From positions 1 to 37,978 of the forward strand of contig JAFCCF010000004.1 of the NCBI GenBank assembly GCA_017610325.1: a stretch of DNA of 37,978 bases. The letters run 5' to 3'. Numbering within the stretch: the first letter of the stretch is position 1; each line of letters begins with the position of its first letter. The DNA comes from Candidatus Aminicenantes bacterium (lineage in GTDB: Archaea > Nanobdellota > Nanobdellia > Woesearchaeales > JAFCCF01). The notes under the pieces are model-generated. The model saw only the letters and a list, made by a program, of their open reading frames with translations, made no database searches and was not told the DNA's origin. The translations under genes were made by a program, and so were the position numbers. Of this stretch, positions 1-10,323 are shown piece by piece.

Positions 1-1484
1 TTGTTCATGTATTTTAATTCTGGCCCGCTCTTGCCATTGCACAGCTTTATTGTGTTGCCATCCAGTTTAAAGAGGTTAAGGCACTCTGAACATGTCTGTG
101 GAATATTGAATCTTTCAAAGAATTCCTTATGGTTTGCTCCAAAAACACATGGCGGAAGCGGCTTCACAATCCTTGCTTTAATTCCTTTTTTCTTCAGCTC
201 TTCAAGATAAGTTGTAATCTTCCTGCCTGTCTCATCATTCAGGTCATTCTCCGTGACTCTGAAATAAATATGGTCGCCGTCTTTTACCTCAGCCATATCA
301 GCTAGGTCAATTTCTTTCTTTTCCCTGCCAAGCTCGTCAAGATCAACAGGCTTAAGGTCCATCCTAACATTTGTTGCATAGATTGTGCTGTATGTAACCT
401 TGTCCTCGTCCCTGTCCTTACATTCGAACAAGGGAAGTTTATCCCCTAAATGCCAGCACTGCGGGTCAGGGGCATATGGTGTGCCAAACCAGCCATTTGC
501 AGCGCATTTTCCAGAACCCTTGCACGAGCTCATAAATTTGCAGGATTTGCAGCTGGGGTGCATGTTCTCAAGGTTCTTGAGCTGCTGGTACACCTTGCTT
601 GAATAATATACTTCAAGGAATGTCTGTTTTAGGATATTGCCTGCCACAATCGGTAGCCTCCTGCATGGAACAACATCCCCGTTTGGCAGTACAGTAAATA
701 CATCATAGGGTGTTGAACAACCATGTGTCTGGAACCTTGGGTTTATTGTTGTATATAATGAATCTGAGCAGTGAAGCCCAACTCTGAGCCGGATATTCTC
801 ATTGGCAAGCCTCATGTTAATACCCTCAAGCTGCCGATAGAGTTGCAGCACCTGTACCGGGCTCAGCATTAAGTCCTGCATTTGCTTGCCCCTTCCCTCT
901 GGAATAAGCCTACCAATGCCCATGCCACCAACACCAATTCTTGCAGCCAGCCTTGCAAGCGGTTCAATATCATGCACATTTTGTTGTGTCAAAGTCATTG
1001 AAAAGCTCAATGGCATTTTGTGCGCAATAGTAACCTCAGCACCCTTGAGCGCCTTCTGGAAAGAGCCCTCACCCCTTATTTCATCATTGCACTTCTCAGT
1101 TCCTTCAACACTAATCTGGATAGAATCAACACCAAGCTCTTTATACTTCTGGAGCACATCGTCAGTAAGTGTTGAGCCGTTTGACATAACACAAACATTA
1201 TTGATAATGCCCTGGTTTTTGTAATCCTGCACTTTTTCAAGCAGCGGGAAGAAATCTTGTTTAAGGATGGGTTCTCCACCTGTTATTGAGATTTTTGCAT
1301 AGTCTATACCAGTCTTCTTGATAAAGTCTACCCAGTTGTCAAGCACATAGAACAGCTGCTCTGAATTGAGCTCATTCTTGATGTAAAACTCATTCATGTA
1401 GCAGTGCTTACACTTGAAATTACACCTTTCAGTAATATGCCACTGTAAGTGGCATGTCATAGGTCTATGAAGATATTTTATCAT
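1..1484 (-). CDS. Radical SAM/SPASM protein with extra Cys-containing C-terminal region (runs off the left edge; absent from the ORF track)
   Basis: Manual translation from ATG at 1484 (TGATG overlap with the upstream stop): MIKYLHRPMTCHLQWHITERCNFKCKHCY...ITGGEP...GCSTPYDVFTVLPNGDVVPCRRL...CKSCKFMSSCKGSGKC...DPQC; open to position 1. Confidence 0.9.
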   Translation of the reverse strand, partial: MIKYLHRPMTCHLQWHITERCNFKCKHCYMNEFYIKNELNSEQLFYVLDNWVDFIKKTGIDYAKISITGGEPILKQDFFPLLEKVQDYKNQGIINNVCVMSNGSTLTDDVLQKYKELGVDSIQISVEGTEKCNDEIRGEGSFQKALKGAEVTIAHKMPLSFSMTLTQQNVHDIEPLARLAARIGVGGMGIGRLIPEGRGKQMQDLMLSPVQVLQLYRQLEGINMRLANENIRLRVGLHCSDSLYTTINPRFQTHGCSTPYDVFTVLPNGDVVPCRRLPIVAGNILKQTFLEVYYSSKVYQQLKNLENMHPSCKSCKFMSSCKGSGKCAANGWFGTPYAPDPQCWHLGDKLPLFECKDRDEDKVTYSTIYATNVRMDLKPVDLDELGREKKEIDLADMAEVKDGDHIYFRVTENDLNDETGRKITTYLEELKKKGIKARIVKPLPPCVFGANHKEFFERFNIPQTCSECLNLFKLDGNTIKLCNGKSGPELKYMN

Positions 1485-2536
1485 CAGCCCACCCCCCAAA
1501 ATAGACTTAGATATGCTTGGCATGGTGTCCAACAGTTAGGGCACTTGTCTTGCTTTATTAGTTTTTTGGCCTCGCTTGCTCTTTCTGATTTCCATATTTT
1601 TATTAGGTCATAGTCATGTTCCTTTAGGTTGCCCAGCTTGTGGCCCCACATAAAACATGGTATCACATTTCCCTGGCAATCAATAGACACCGAGTTCTTG
1701 AGTGCAACACAGCTCATGACCTTCTGCTTTGGGTTTTTTACAAAAGAGGGTAGTCTGCTCAGATACATTTTTGCAACAAGCTCATCAATCTTGTACCATC
1801 TCTGATTGCTCTTAACAAGTTTAATAATCTCCTCTAACTCTCTTAGGTTATCTGGTGCCATGCTGCTGAACTCTTGATTATGGTAAAGAAATGCATTGTG
1901 CGCAATGGTCATCACAAGTTTGTCCCCCCTACTAATTCTCTGCTTTGCAAAATCCCTGATTTTGCCAACATTGAACTTTGAGATTGTTGTCTCAATCCCA
2001 ACCTCAAAGCTGTTGTTATGCTTTAGCATCTTCTTTACTTTTATATAATTAGCATATGTTTTCTGAAACGCTCCCTTGATTCCCCTGATTCTGTCATGCA
2101 CTTCCTCTGGTCCGTCCAAGCTGAATGTTAGGAAGATGTTTGGAAACCGTTTGCCAGCTGCATCCTTGAGCTTTGATACAGTACCCATTATATTCTCTGT
2201 TTCAAACCCATTAGTTGGGATGCTAATTAGTTTTAATGTGGGCACAAGCTCAACAGAAGATAAGATTATATCAGCAAGGTCCTTCCTTATGAATGGCTCA
2301 CCGCCGCTGAAGCTTATCCATGAAACTGTGTTGGGCAGGTTCCTGAAAATCTTCCTGAAATCTTCAAGCTTTAGCTCTTTCTCTTCCAGGTTTTGATCAT
2401 TCACTGAATTGCGCCAGCAAAAACAGGTCAGGCAGCGCGAGTTGCACCTATTTGTAACAATAAAGTTTACCTTGAATGGCCTTCTAATGATTCTTGTGAG
2501 CAATATGTTCTTTGCAATACTTACCTTATGTTTCAT
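1484..2536 (-). CDS. Radical SAM protein with SPASM/twitch-like C-terminal Fe-S domain
   Basis: CNSRCLTC, SGGEPF, SLDG; C-terminal C...GNVIPC...CPNCWTPC. Confidence 0.9.
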   Translation of the reverse strand: MKHKVSIAKNILLTRIIRRPFKVNFIVTNRCNSRCLTCFCWRNSVNDQNLEEKELKLEDFRKIFRNLPNTVSWISFSGGEPFIRKDLADIILSSVELVPTLKLISIPTNGFETENIMGTVSKLKDAAGKRFPNIFLTFSLDGPEEVHDRIRGIKGAFQKTYANYIKVKKMLKHNNSFEVGIETTISKFNVGKIRDFAKQRISRGDKLVMTIAHNAFLYHNQEFSSMAPDNLRELEEIIKLVKSNQRWYKIDELVAKMYLSRLPSFVKNPKQKVMSCVALKNSVSIDCQGNVIPCFMWGHKLGNLKEHDYDLIKIWKSERASEAKKLIKQDKCPNCWTPCQAYLSLFWGVG

Positions 2537-2551
2537 ACACTTCCTCCCTTT

Positions 2552-3229
2552 TTAATCACTCTTGTCTTGTACTGGATGGATGCGTTTTCTCACTAAAAAT
2601 ACATGGTGCAGGTTCATGACAGAGCGGCCCCCAATAATATCAAAACGCTGTCTCAGCAGCATTTCAGCCTTTTTCCTGCAAAAGTCATGGTGCATGTGCC
2701 AGTCACTAAGTTCAAGCAGTTGCCTGCTGAACAGGGGTCTGAGCACAACAGTGTTTTTGATAACCTTCTTAATGCGCGAATAAAATTTTTCATTGGGTAT
2801 GGACACAACTGCCCTTCCCCCAGGTTTCAATGTATTGTAAATGTTTTCAATAATTTGTTCTGGCTTCTCAACATGTTCCAGGATTTCCCCTGCAATCACA
2901 ACATCAAACCTGCTTTTCTTGAAAGGTAGGTTGCCTGTTGCGTCAGTTAGCACAAAGCTTGCGTTAGCCCTGCTTTTTTTAGCATCCCTGAGCGCAGTGT
3001 CTGATATGTCAAATGATACAAGCGTTTTGCAGCTTGGTATCATTGAACTGAACTTACCATCTTCGCATCCAAACTCAAGCACAGCATCTCCTTTTTTTAT
3101 GTTTGCAAGCTTTAGCATTAATTGCCTTCTCGCATCCTGTACTCTGCCAATTATGCCACTCTGTGTATTGGGCTTATACCTAATATACATCTCATTGTTC
3201 CACTTCCTAAGCTCATTGCTGGTCTTCAT
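2552..3229 (-). CDS. Class I SAM-dependent methyltransferase
   Basis: VLEFGCEDG motif I, FDVVIAGEILEHV, LKPGG; ORF is open from 3259 but MKTS at 3229 is the likelier start. Confidence 0.85.
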   Translation of the reverse strand: MKTSNELRKWNNEMYIRYKPNTQSGIIGRVQDARRQLMLKLANIKKGDAVLEFGCEDGKFSSMIPSCKTLVSFDISDTALRDAKKSRANASFVLTDATGNLPFKKSRFDVVIAGEILEHVEKPEQIIENIYNTLKPGGRAVVSIPNEKFYSRIKKVIKNTVVLRPLFSRQLLELSDWHMHHDFCRKKAEMLLRQRFDIIGGRSVMNLHHVFLVRKRIHPVQDKSD

Positions 3230-4232
3230 CGTACTTGTAAGGATGCTCTCCTGAATCATATGTTGGCTTTATGTGCTTTTCAATAAATTCCCTGTCCTCT
3301 CCTGCAAGGCACAACTCTGTGTTGTTGCTGAACATGCCAGAATTAAGCATCCGCTTCCATATTTTTCCAAGCGGTTCCTTTAAGAAGTTGCCGAATGAAA
3401 TGTGGATGAACGGGCATGGTAGCACATCACCATATGCTGTTATGAATATCCTTTCAACTGCTGCAGGGCATTTTGTTGATAGGTAATTTGAGAAACGGTC
3501 AGTCCTCACACCATCTTCCTTGAGCAGCTCTCTGAAATATTTTTGGTCATCCTTGCTCAGCAGTTTCTCATCTTTTCCAGCCCACTTACCAACTGCGCAC
3601 GGGACATTGAGCTGTATAAGCACCCCAAGCTCTTTTGCAAGCTTAATTTGCTTCTTAATATCACCATCTGATATGTTATCAGGTGTTATTACAGCATCAA
3701 TCATCACTTCCATCTTGTGCGCCTTTGCATAGCTTATCCCTTTAATCACCCTGTTGAAAGAGTCTTTGCCCCTGTTATCATCATGACTTTCAGCATCAGC
3801 GCTGTCAATGCTCACTATGAGCATGTCAATTCCTGACTTCTTGAGCTTTCTGACATTATCATCTGTTAGCATAAACCCGTTTGAGAGGATGCTTGTGAAC
3901 ATCTGCTGCGAGTGCGCGAACTTAATCATATCATAAACATCCTGTTTGAGCAACGGCTCTCCTCCTGTAAAATTAATGTTTGTAACACCTAGCTTTTTGA
4001 GCTGCCAGATAACCTTATTAACCTGTTCCAAGCTAAGCACCTGCTTTTCTTTTTTGAGCATTGAGATAGAACAGTGCTTGCACCCAAGTTGGCAGTCAAA
4101 TGTAATTGCAATGTCAGCCTGCCTCAGCACTAGCTTCTTCTGCATCAGTTTGATATAATTGACCATAATCCTTGCCAGCACCTTTTTTCTCCTTAGCGCA
4201 AGCCTGATGTTTGTTCTTGTCCTATGCTTCAT
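3213..4232 (-). CDS. Radical SAM protein with twitch/SPASM-like domain
   Basis: CQLGCKHC, FTGGEPLL, CPAA...GDVLPCPF...GN; ATG 4232 makes an ATGA overlap with the upstream stop. Confidence 0.9.
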   Translation of the reverse strand: MKHRTRTNIRLALRRKKVLARIMVNYIKLMQKKLVLRQADIAITFDCQLGCKHCSISMLKKEKQVLSLEQVNKVIWQLKKLGVTNINFTGGEPLLKQDVYDMIKFAHSQQMFTSILSNGFMLTDDNVRKLKKSGIDMLIVSIDSADAESHDDNRGKDSFNRVIKGISYAKAHKMEVMIDAVITPDNISDGDIKKQIKLAKELGVLIQLNVPCAVGKWAGKDEKLLSKDDQKYFRELLKEDGVRTDRFSNYLSTKCPAAVERIFITAYGDVLPCPFIHISFGNFLKEPLGKIWKRMLNSGMFSNNTELCLAGEDREFIEKHIKPTYDSGEHPYKYDEDQQ

Positions 4233-5674
4233 ATGCATTCATACCTCTTAGAGATATCCCTGTTGCAAAAAAATGTGAAAAATTGCTGTATGTTTATCAA
4301 GAATTCTTTTGGCGAGCGTATCTTTGTCAGCCTGTTGATTATATAAGATGGTCTCATGTAAAAGCTCAAGAATGCCTCGTTATACTGCTTCTGAATTTCC
4401 TTGTTGCTTATCTGGGGAAAGTCAGTTACACAGTTCTTCTGCCAGAATTCTGACCAGTCTTTTGTTATGATATGGTTACTTACTGATTCAGTAAACCTTG
4501 TCTTAGGCCAGGGTGTTGCCATTGTGAATGTCACATAGTCAGGGTTAAGCTTTTTTGCAAAGCTTATTGTGTTCTTTAACTGTTTGTTTGTCTCATTTGG
4601 CAAGCCAAGTATGAAATATCCAAGTATTTCAATGCCAGCTTCTTTTGTAAGCTTAAATGCGCTCTTAACCTGTTCAATAGTAAATGCCTTTTGCAGCAGG
4701 TTAAGTGATTCCTGCTGGGCAGATTCTACACCATAACTTATAATTCTGCAGTTTGCCTGTTTTAGTTTTTTGAGCATCTTTTTATTTACATAATCAACCC
4801 TTGCCTTGATTCTCCACTCAAACCTAAGCTGTTTCTCAATTATCAGGTCACATATTTGCTCAACCCTTTCCATATTGTAATTGAATGTCGAGTCAGAAAA
4901 GACAATATGCTTTATTCCACATCTCTTGACCAGGGTTTCAATCTCCTCAACAACATTTTCAGGCGAGCGTGCCCTGAACTTATGTCCATATAATAATGGT
5001 TCTGAACAAAATGTGCAAGCATATGGGCAGCCCCTGCTAGCCATCATCATAAATGTCTTCTTTTTGAATGAAAGTGAGTCACCATACCTGGTCATGTCAA
5101 CAAGCTCAAATGCAGGAAATGGCAGTTTGTCAAGGTTCTCAATGAGAGGGGTTTTCTTTGAGATAAATGTTCCATTCTCCCTTAAGAAACCAATGCCGGG
5201 AATCTTCTTAATTTCATCAATGCCCCTTGCCTCAGCAAGGCACTGCACCAGCTCCAGGAATGTGTGCTCTGCCTCACCCCTCAGGATGAAATTAAGCTCA
5301 AGCATTGTCTTAAGACTGTGCTCTGGTTCAAGAGTTACGTGTGGCCCGCCAACAACAATAACAGCTTCTGTAAGAACCATCCTTATTGTCCTGATGCATT
5401 CTATTGTGTTCTTGATTATTGGGGTTGTTGTGCTTACTCCAACAACATCTGGTTTTTCCTTAAGGAGATATTCTCTTAGTTGGTCTGTGTCATACCCAAG
5501 TGCCTCCATATCAAGTACCTTAACCTTGAAATCATTCTTAAGAAGGACACTAGCAATATACAGTATGCCAAGGGGGGGCATCTTGCTTGACCACATCTTC
5601 TTATAGTGTACTTCATGATACCTTGGCTTAACTAGAAGTATCTTCATATCCTCTTTTTTCTTTTTATTTATCAT
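4229..5674 (-). CDS. Cobalamin-binding-domain radical SAM protein (class B methyltransferase-like)
   Basis: PPLGILYIA, VVGGPHVT, GEAE, SRGCPYACTFC, GVES, FILGLPNET. Confidence 0.92.
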   Translation of the reverse strand: MINKKKKEDMKILLVKPRYHEVHYKKMWSSKMPPLGILYIASVLLKNDFKVKVLDMEALGYDTDQLREYLLKEKPDVVGVSTTTPIIKNTIECIRTIRMVLTEAVIVVGGPHVTLEPEHSLKTMLELNFILRGEAEHTFLELVQCLAEARGIDEIKKIPGIGFLRENGTFISKKTPLIENLDKLPFPAFELVDMTRYGDSLSFKKKTFMMMASRGCPYACTFCSEPLLYGHKFRARSPENVVEEIETLVKRCGIKHIVFSDSTFNYNMERVEQICDLIIEKQLRFEWRIKARVDYVNKKMLKKLKQANCRIISYGVESAQQESLNLLQKAFTIEQVKSAFKLTKEAGIEILGYFILGLPNETNKQLKNTISFAKKLNPDYVTFTMATPWPKTRFTESVSNHIITKDWSEFWQKNCVTDFPQISNKEIQKQYNEAFLSFYMRPSYIINRLTKIRSPKEFLINIQQFFTFFCNRDISKRYECI

Positions 5675-5809
5675 TATAACTAAATCTACCTTTTTTACTT
5701 ACTTCACCCCTCTTAATATAGTCAAAAATTACCTGTATATATTTAAATGTTTTGTAGAAAGGTATATATATTATCCTTTAATATGCTTAGGTGGGGGTAA
5801 GTTATTATA
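5675..5809. promoter_or_regulatory. Divergent promoter region between two B12-radical SAM genes
   Basis: AT-rich gap between head-to-head genes, with TATA-like tracts (tatatttaaa, tatatata) and a GGGGGT RBS-like motif before 5810. Confidence 0.5.
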
Positions 5810-7240
5810 ATGAAGATTGCTTTGGTAAACCCATATTTTAGCAGGAACATGCGCTTTGTGATACCTAAGATTATCCAGAAGGTTAGGGGCAAGTATCCTC
5901 CACTTGGGCTTGCCAGCGTCACAGCTTCACTTGAGCAGAAAGGTCATAAAGTTATTATTGTTGACGCAGAAGCTGGGGAGCTTTCAGCAGGCAATATTGC
6001 TGAGCAGGCTGCAGATTTCTCTGCTGAGCTTGTTGGAATTACTATAACAACCTGGACAGTGAACCATGCAAGGAAGATTGCCAGGGCTGTGAGGAAGAAG
6101 ATACCTGATATAAGGATTGCAGTCGGAGGACCTCAGGTGAAGGCGTTTCCAAGGCTCACACTAAAATTTTCTGAGTTTGATTATGGGGTTATAGGGGAAG
6201 GGGACATGACGTTTCCTGAGCTTGTAGACTCGCTTGAGAATAACAAGCCATTGTCCAAGGTCAAGGGGGTTGTTTTCAGGAAATCCAGTAAAATTATTCA
6301 GACACCCGCAAGAGAATATTGCCCTGACCTGGACAAGCTGCCCTCTCCTAGCTGGCACCTACTTCCAATTAAGAAATATCATGACATGCTCACAAGGAGA
6401 AAGCAGTTCATGGTTATGATTACCAGCAGAGGTTGCCCGTTCAACTGCACGTTCTGTGACCCAAGGAACACACTTGGCAAGCAGTTTCGTGCCTGGGGCG
6501 CTGACAGGCTCTTTTATGAAGTTAAGGTGCTATATGATAAGTATGGAATTAGGGAGATAATGTTCTTTGATGATTTGTTTACCTTTGACAGGAAACGTGT
6601 GATTGATTTTTGCAGGAAAATGATTAAAAGCAGCATGAACCTTATCTGGGACTGCAGGACAAGGGTCAATTGCATTGATGAGGAACTGATAAAATGGATG
6701 AAAAAAGCTGGCTGCTACAGGGTACGCTTCGGAGTTGAGTCAGGAAACCAGAAAATCCTGAACAGACTCAATAAAGGAATAACACTTGAGCAGGTTAGAA
6801 GGGCATTTGCACTTGCAAGGAAGTACAGGATAGAGTCCATGGCTTACTACATGCTGGGTTCACCTGGTGAGACTAAAGAGACACTCAGGCAGACAATTGA
6901 CTTTGCAGTGAAGCTTGACTCTGACTATGCACTATTTGCAGTAACAAGCCTCATGCCGCCAGGAAGCAGTTTGTTTGCCTGGGCTGCTGATGAAGGGTAC
7001 ATTGCAAGGGATTACTGGGAGAGATTTGTCTCAGGGGAGAAGCTTGACCCCTACCCAACCCTGAGCACACCGCAGCTTCCTGAAAAAACACTAAGGAGAT
7101 ACCACCAGCTTGCGCACCGCTGTTTTTATCTCAGGCCAATTATCTTTTTCAGAACCCTTAGAAGGCTAAGGTCCTGGATAGCTTTTAAGAACTCACTCCA
7201 AATCTTCATAAGCCTTGTGTTAAGGAGGTTTGATGCCTGA
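5810..7240 (+). CDS. Cobalamin-binding-domain radical SAM protein (class B methyltransferase-like)
   Basis: YPPLGLASV, VGGPQV, GEGD, TSRGCPFNCTFC, FGVESG, MLGSPGET. Confidence 0.92.
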   Translation: MKIALVNPYFSRNMRFVIPKIIQKVRGKYPPLGLASVTASLEQKGHKVIIVDAEAGELSAGNIAEQAADFSAELVGITITTWTVNHARKIARAVRKKIPDIRIAVGGPQVKAFPRLTLKFSEFDYGVIGEGDMTFPELVDSLENNKPLSKVKGVVFRKSSKIIQTPAREYCPDLDKLPSPSWHLLPIKKYHDMLTRRKQFMVMITSRGCPFNCTFCDPRNTLGKQFRAWGADRLFYEVKVLYDKYGIREIMFFDDLFTFDRKRVIDFCRKMIKSSMNLIWDCRTRVNCIDEELIKWMKKAGCYRVRFGVESGNQKILNRLNKGITLEQVRRAFALARKYRIESMAYYMLGSPGETKETLRQTIDFAVKLDSDYALFAVTSLMPPGSSLFAWAADEGYIARDYWERFVSGEKLDPYPTLSTPQLPEKTLRRYHQLAHRCFYLRPIIFFRTLRRLRSWIAFKNSLQIFISLVLRRFDA

Positions 7241-8772
7241 TGACAGATTATAACCTTGTAAGGATGTACATCATCTTCATAGCACTGGTCATATTTTTCA
7301 TACTTTCATTCAAAAGCCTGAAACAGCAGTTCAAGGGTGTGAACAAATCTGCCTGGGTGCTGCTCCTCATAATCTTCGTGCTTGCGCTTGTTCTCAGGCT
7401 TTCGGTGCCTCATTATTACAAGCTGTACATGGACGAGCCAAGGTATGTTGAGGTTGCCAAGAACATTGTGCTGCATGACCAGGCGCAGATTATGAAGTAT
7501 TACGGGGAATCAACATTCAAGTTCTTTGAGCCGTTCCATCCCATTGCCTGGCCATTCCTGATGTCAGTTGCCTTCAGGGTCTTTGGCATAAATGGCTTTG
7601 TTGCAGGTTATCTCAACACCATTATCAGCAGCCTGGCTGTGCTTATGGTATTCCTCTTTAGTTATCTACTGTTCAAGCGTGAGGATGTTGGGTTATGGGG
7701 TGGCTTGCTCCTTGCCTTAAATCCATTGCATGTGCACTGGTCCACAAGCGCAGGTGTTAATGCACCCTCGCTGTTTTTCATGCTCCTTTCACTTACAGCA
7801 TTTATCATATACTGTAGAAATAGGGATATAAAATTGCACCTGCTCGCAACATTCAGCTTTCTTTTCTCTGTGTTAATGAGGTTGGAATATGTAATGGTAT
7901 TTGTTCTGGTTGCATCAATCTACATGCTACACTGGAAGACCATAAAAAAAGAGGTAAGGAAACTAAGGTTCTGGTTGCCCTGGCTTGGCATTTTGCTGTT
8001 CTACAGGAATTATTACACAACCCTAATGCTTTTCATCAACAAGCTTAGGATAAATGGGGTAGCCCTGGTATTTGCAAGCAGTTCAGGCAGCTTTGGGCTG
8101 TCAAAGATTGTGTCTAACATTGGTTTGTTGTTTCAACACATCCTGAAAACCTACTCCCTAATGCTATTGGTGTTCATGTTAATCGGAATCTATGCAATAT
8201 TCAGAAAGAGAAAATCAGTCTTGCTGATGTTGCTTATATGGTTTGTTGTTTTCTCCGGCTTTTACATGAGCTATGTACAGTTCCAAGAAAGGCACCTATT
8301 ATTCCCAATGTTGGCGTTCCAGTTAGTTATTGCCTTTGGCATATCTTATGTGCTCAAGCTCAAGCAGGTAAAAAGATATAGGCAGCTTCTTGTAGCGGTG
8401 CTGGTAATCTTGATTGTAATCTTTATGGTGCCCAGGCTTTTGCTAATCTATAACATCACTGACTCCAATCTGCTCCAGACACAGGTTCCTGAGATTACAG
8501 AAGCAGCAGCACAGGATTGTTATATTGTGGCAAGCAGGCCAGCGCTGGTAAGCAGCTCAGCAGACCTGAAAGTTATCCCGCTTGATTATTTCCTTGCAAA
8601 TGATTTGGTGTTTTCCGGGCTGGCTGGTGAGTGTGTGCTGTTGTACAATGGCTCATACCTTTCCTCAGAAGACTTCCATGCAGTAAATGAGAAGTATGTT
8701 CTTGAAACATTCATTGACTTTAGAAGAGGAAACACTGTCTTTAGCCTTTACAATATCTCAGCTAAAGGTTGA
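7240..8772 (+). CDS. GT-C fold membrane glycosyltransferase (ArnT/PMT_2-like)
   Basis: Many hydrophobic helices; LVLRL...YMDEPRY first-loop DE motif; HP.AWP; LLLALNPLH; late ERHLL motif. Confidence 0.8.
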   Translation: MTDYNLVRMYIIFIALVIFFILSFKSLKQQFKGVNKSAWVLLLIIFVLALVLRLSVPHYYKLYMDEPRYVEVAKNIVLHDQAQIMKYYGESTFKFFEPFHPIAWPFLMSVAFRVFGINGFVAGYLNTIISSLAVLMVFLFSYLLFKREDVGLWGGLLLALNPLHVHWSTSAGVNAPSLFFMLLSLTAFIIYCRNRDIKLHLLATFSFLFSVLMRLEYVMVFVLVASIYMLHWKTIKKEVRKLRFWLPWLGILLFYRNYYTTLMLFINKLRINGVALVFASSSGSFGLSKIVSNIGLLFQHILKTYSLMLLVFMLIGIYAIFRKRKSVLLMLLIWFVVFSGFYMSYVQFQERHLLFPMLAFQLVIAFGISYVLKLKQVKRYRQLLVAVLVILIVIFMVPRLLLIYNITDSNLLQTQVPEITEAAAQDCYIVASRPALVSSSADLKVIPLDYFLANDLVFSGLAGECVLLYNGSYLSSEDFHAVNEKYVLETFIDFRRGNTVFSLYNISAKG

Positions 8773-9733
8773 GAACCGCTTTCTTATCTGTAATCTTTTC
8801 ACCAGGCATAGGCCTAAGCTCATCTACACCATAATGTTCTTCATAGTCATCCCACACTCCTTCGCATACAGGGTCAAACTTGCACTGCTTGCAGTTTTCA
8901 TGCTTCCTCTTCATCTCGCCCCGCCTTGTTTTCACAAAGTCAAGGTCTTGGTAGTCCACCCCCCTGAGCTGCATCCTTTCTGTTCGTATAAGCTCAGAGC
9001 TGAAGCGCTCCCTGTCCTTCATGTAGCAGTATGGCACAGACTCTATATTCATTGTCATTCCAAGCTCTATTGTCTTGTCAATCATGTCATATATGTGCTG
9101 CTCAGCCTCGCTGTACTTTGGAACAACATCATAGAAATACTTGCTCGCATTTCCCTGGCCATGCGGAAAAGCCACATTGAGATTTTTTACTCCATATTTG
9201 TGCAGAAGGATTATAGTATCAACAAGATGGGCAAGGTTAATCTTTGATATCACAATCTTTCCATTCACCCTGCAGTTGCCTGTAGCAAGCAGCCTCTTGA
9301 TGCCAGCCATGGTTTGTTTAAATGAACCCTTTACTCTCGTTATCTTGTCATGCACCTCTGCATTTGGGCCGTGTATTGCAATAGAATAGCTGATGAAAGC
9401 AATCTTTGAAACCCTTTCAGTGAATTCCTTATAATAAAACATCCTGCCATTTGTCTGCATTTGAATCTCAAAACCAAGCTGCTTTGCATATTCAATAATG
9501 TCAAACACATCGCCCCTTATAGTTATCTCGCCACCAGTAAGGACAATCACCTTTACACCATCCTGCTTTGCCTGGTTAAGGTCAATCTTTATCTCTTCGA
9601 AGGTGCGGTCAATGCGGATGCCCTGCTGCTCCATTCTTCTTCTGTTGCCTGCTATAACACAATGTATACAATCATTGTTGCATCCCCAGCCAACCTTTAT
9701 GTCAGCATACGGTATCTGGTCAAGCTCTACCAT
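8762..9733 (-). CDS. HxsC-like radical SAM protein (paralog 2)
   Basis: DIKVGWGCNNDCIHC, LTGGEIT, QTNGRMF, IHGPNAEVHDKIT..KGSF.QT..GI, C-terminal CKQCKFDPVCEG; lies downstream of HxsB. Confidence 0.75.
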   Translation of the reverse strand: MVELDQIPYADIKVGWGCNNDCIHCVIAGNRRRMEQQGIRIDRTFEEIKIDLNQAKQDGVKVIVLTGGEITIRGDVFDIIEYAKQLGFEIQMQTNGRMFYYKEFTERVSKIAFISYSIAIHGPNAEVHDKITRVKGSFKQTMAGIKRLLATGNCRVNGKIVISKINLAHLVDTIILLHKYGVKNLNVAFPHGQGNASKYFYDVVPKYSEAEQHIYDMIDKTIELGMTMNIESVPYCYMKDRERFSSELIRTERMQLRGVDYQDLDFVKTRRGEMKRKHENCKQCKFDPVCEGVWDDYEEHYGVDELRPMPGEKITDKKAVLNL

Positions 9734-9735
9734 TT

Positions 9736-10323
9736 TTATTTTATCGCCTTTATGTATATGGTTGTTTTATCAGGAGACTTTTTGCTCACCTGCTTGAGAA
9801 CCTTGCTGAAACCTGCTGTTCTGAGCGCCCTTTCAATGCGGTTGAACCAGAATCCATTAAGGTAATTTGCACGAGAGCCATACACAGTGTCAATCACAGC
9901 TTTTGAATCTTTAATATCTCCCTTGTTAAACCTGATTATAGTGTCAATTATGTCAGGCACCATGATGTGCAGCATCCCCCCTTTCTTTAGCACCCTACAC
10001 CAGTTGCCAAGCGCCTTCTGGTACAGGTTTCTCTCTATGGTGTTAAGTGTATTGTTAGCTAGTATTGTGTCAACAGAACCTATCTTGAAAAATCCAAGTG
10101 TTTTTATATCTCCAACTATCTGCGGCGAGTCAAAGAAATCAGAACCAACCCTGATTGCTTTCTGCTTTAGCTTGTTTCCCAGCTCAATAGACTCAGAACT
10201 CACATCAATGAATATCTTATTCTTATCAATAGCAATATTCTGGAAAACACTGTTCTCTTCTTCCTTAGGTTTATCCTTCGAAAAAAAATTATTAATTACC
10301 TCTCTCATGCTAACCTCTACCAA
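9736..10323 (-). CDS. Degenerate class I methyltransferase-like protein
   Basis: GSVDTILANNTL...WCRVLKKGGMLHIMVPD matches the C-terminal half of a Methyltransf_11 fold; no clear Gly-rich motif I. Confidence 0.6.
   Translation of the reverse strand: MVEVSMREVINNFFSKDKPKEEENSVFQNIAIDKNKIFIDVSSESIELGNKLKQKAIRVGSDFFDSPQIVGDIKTLGFFKIGSVDTILANNTLNTIERNLYQKALGNWCRVLKKGGMLHIMVPDIIDTIIRFNKGDIKDSKAVIDTVYGSRANYLNGFWFNRIERALRTAGFSKVLKQVSKKSPDKTTIYIKAIK

Noticed and set aside
1-1279. Short ORFs 1..210, 385..606, 886..1224 and 1076..1279
   Set aside because: They overlap the real minus-strand radical SAM gene <1..1484 in antisense or another frame
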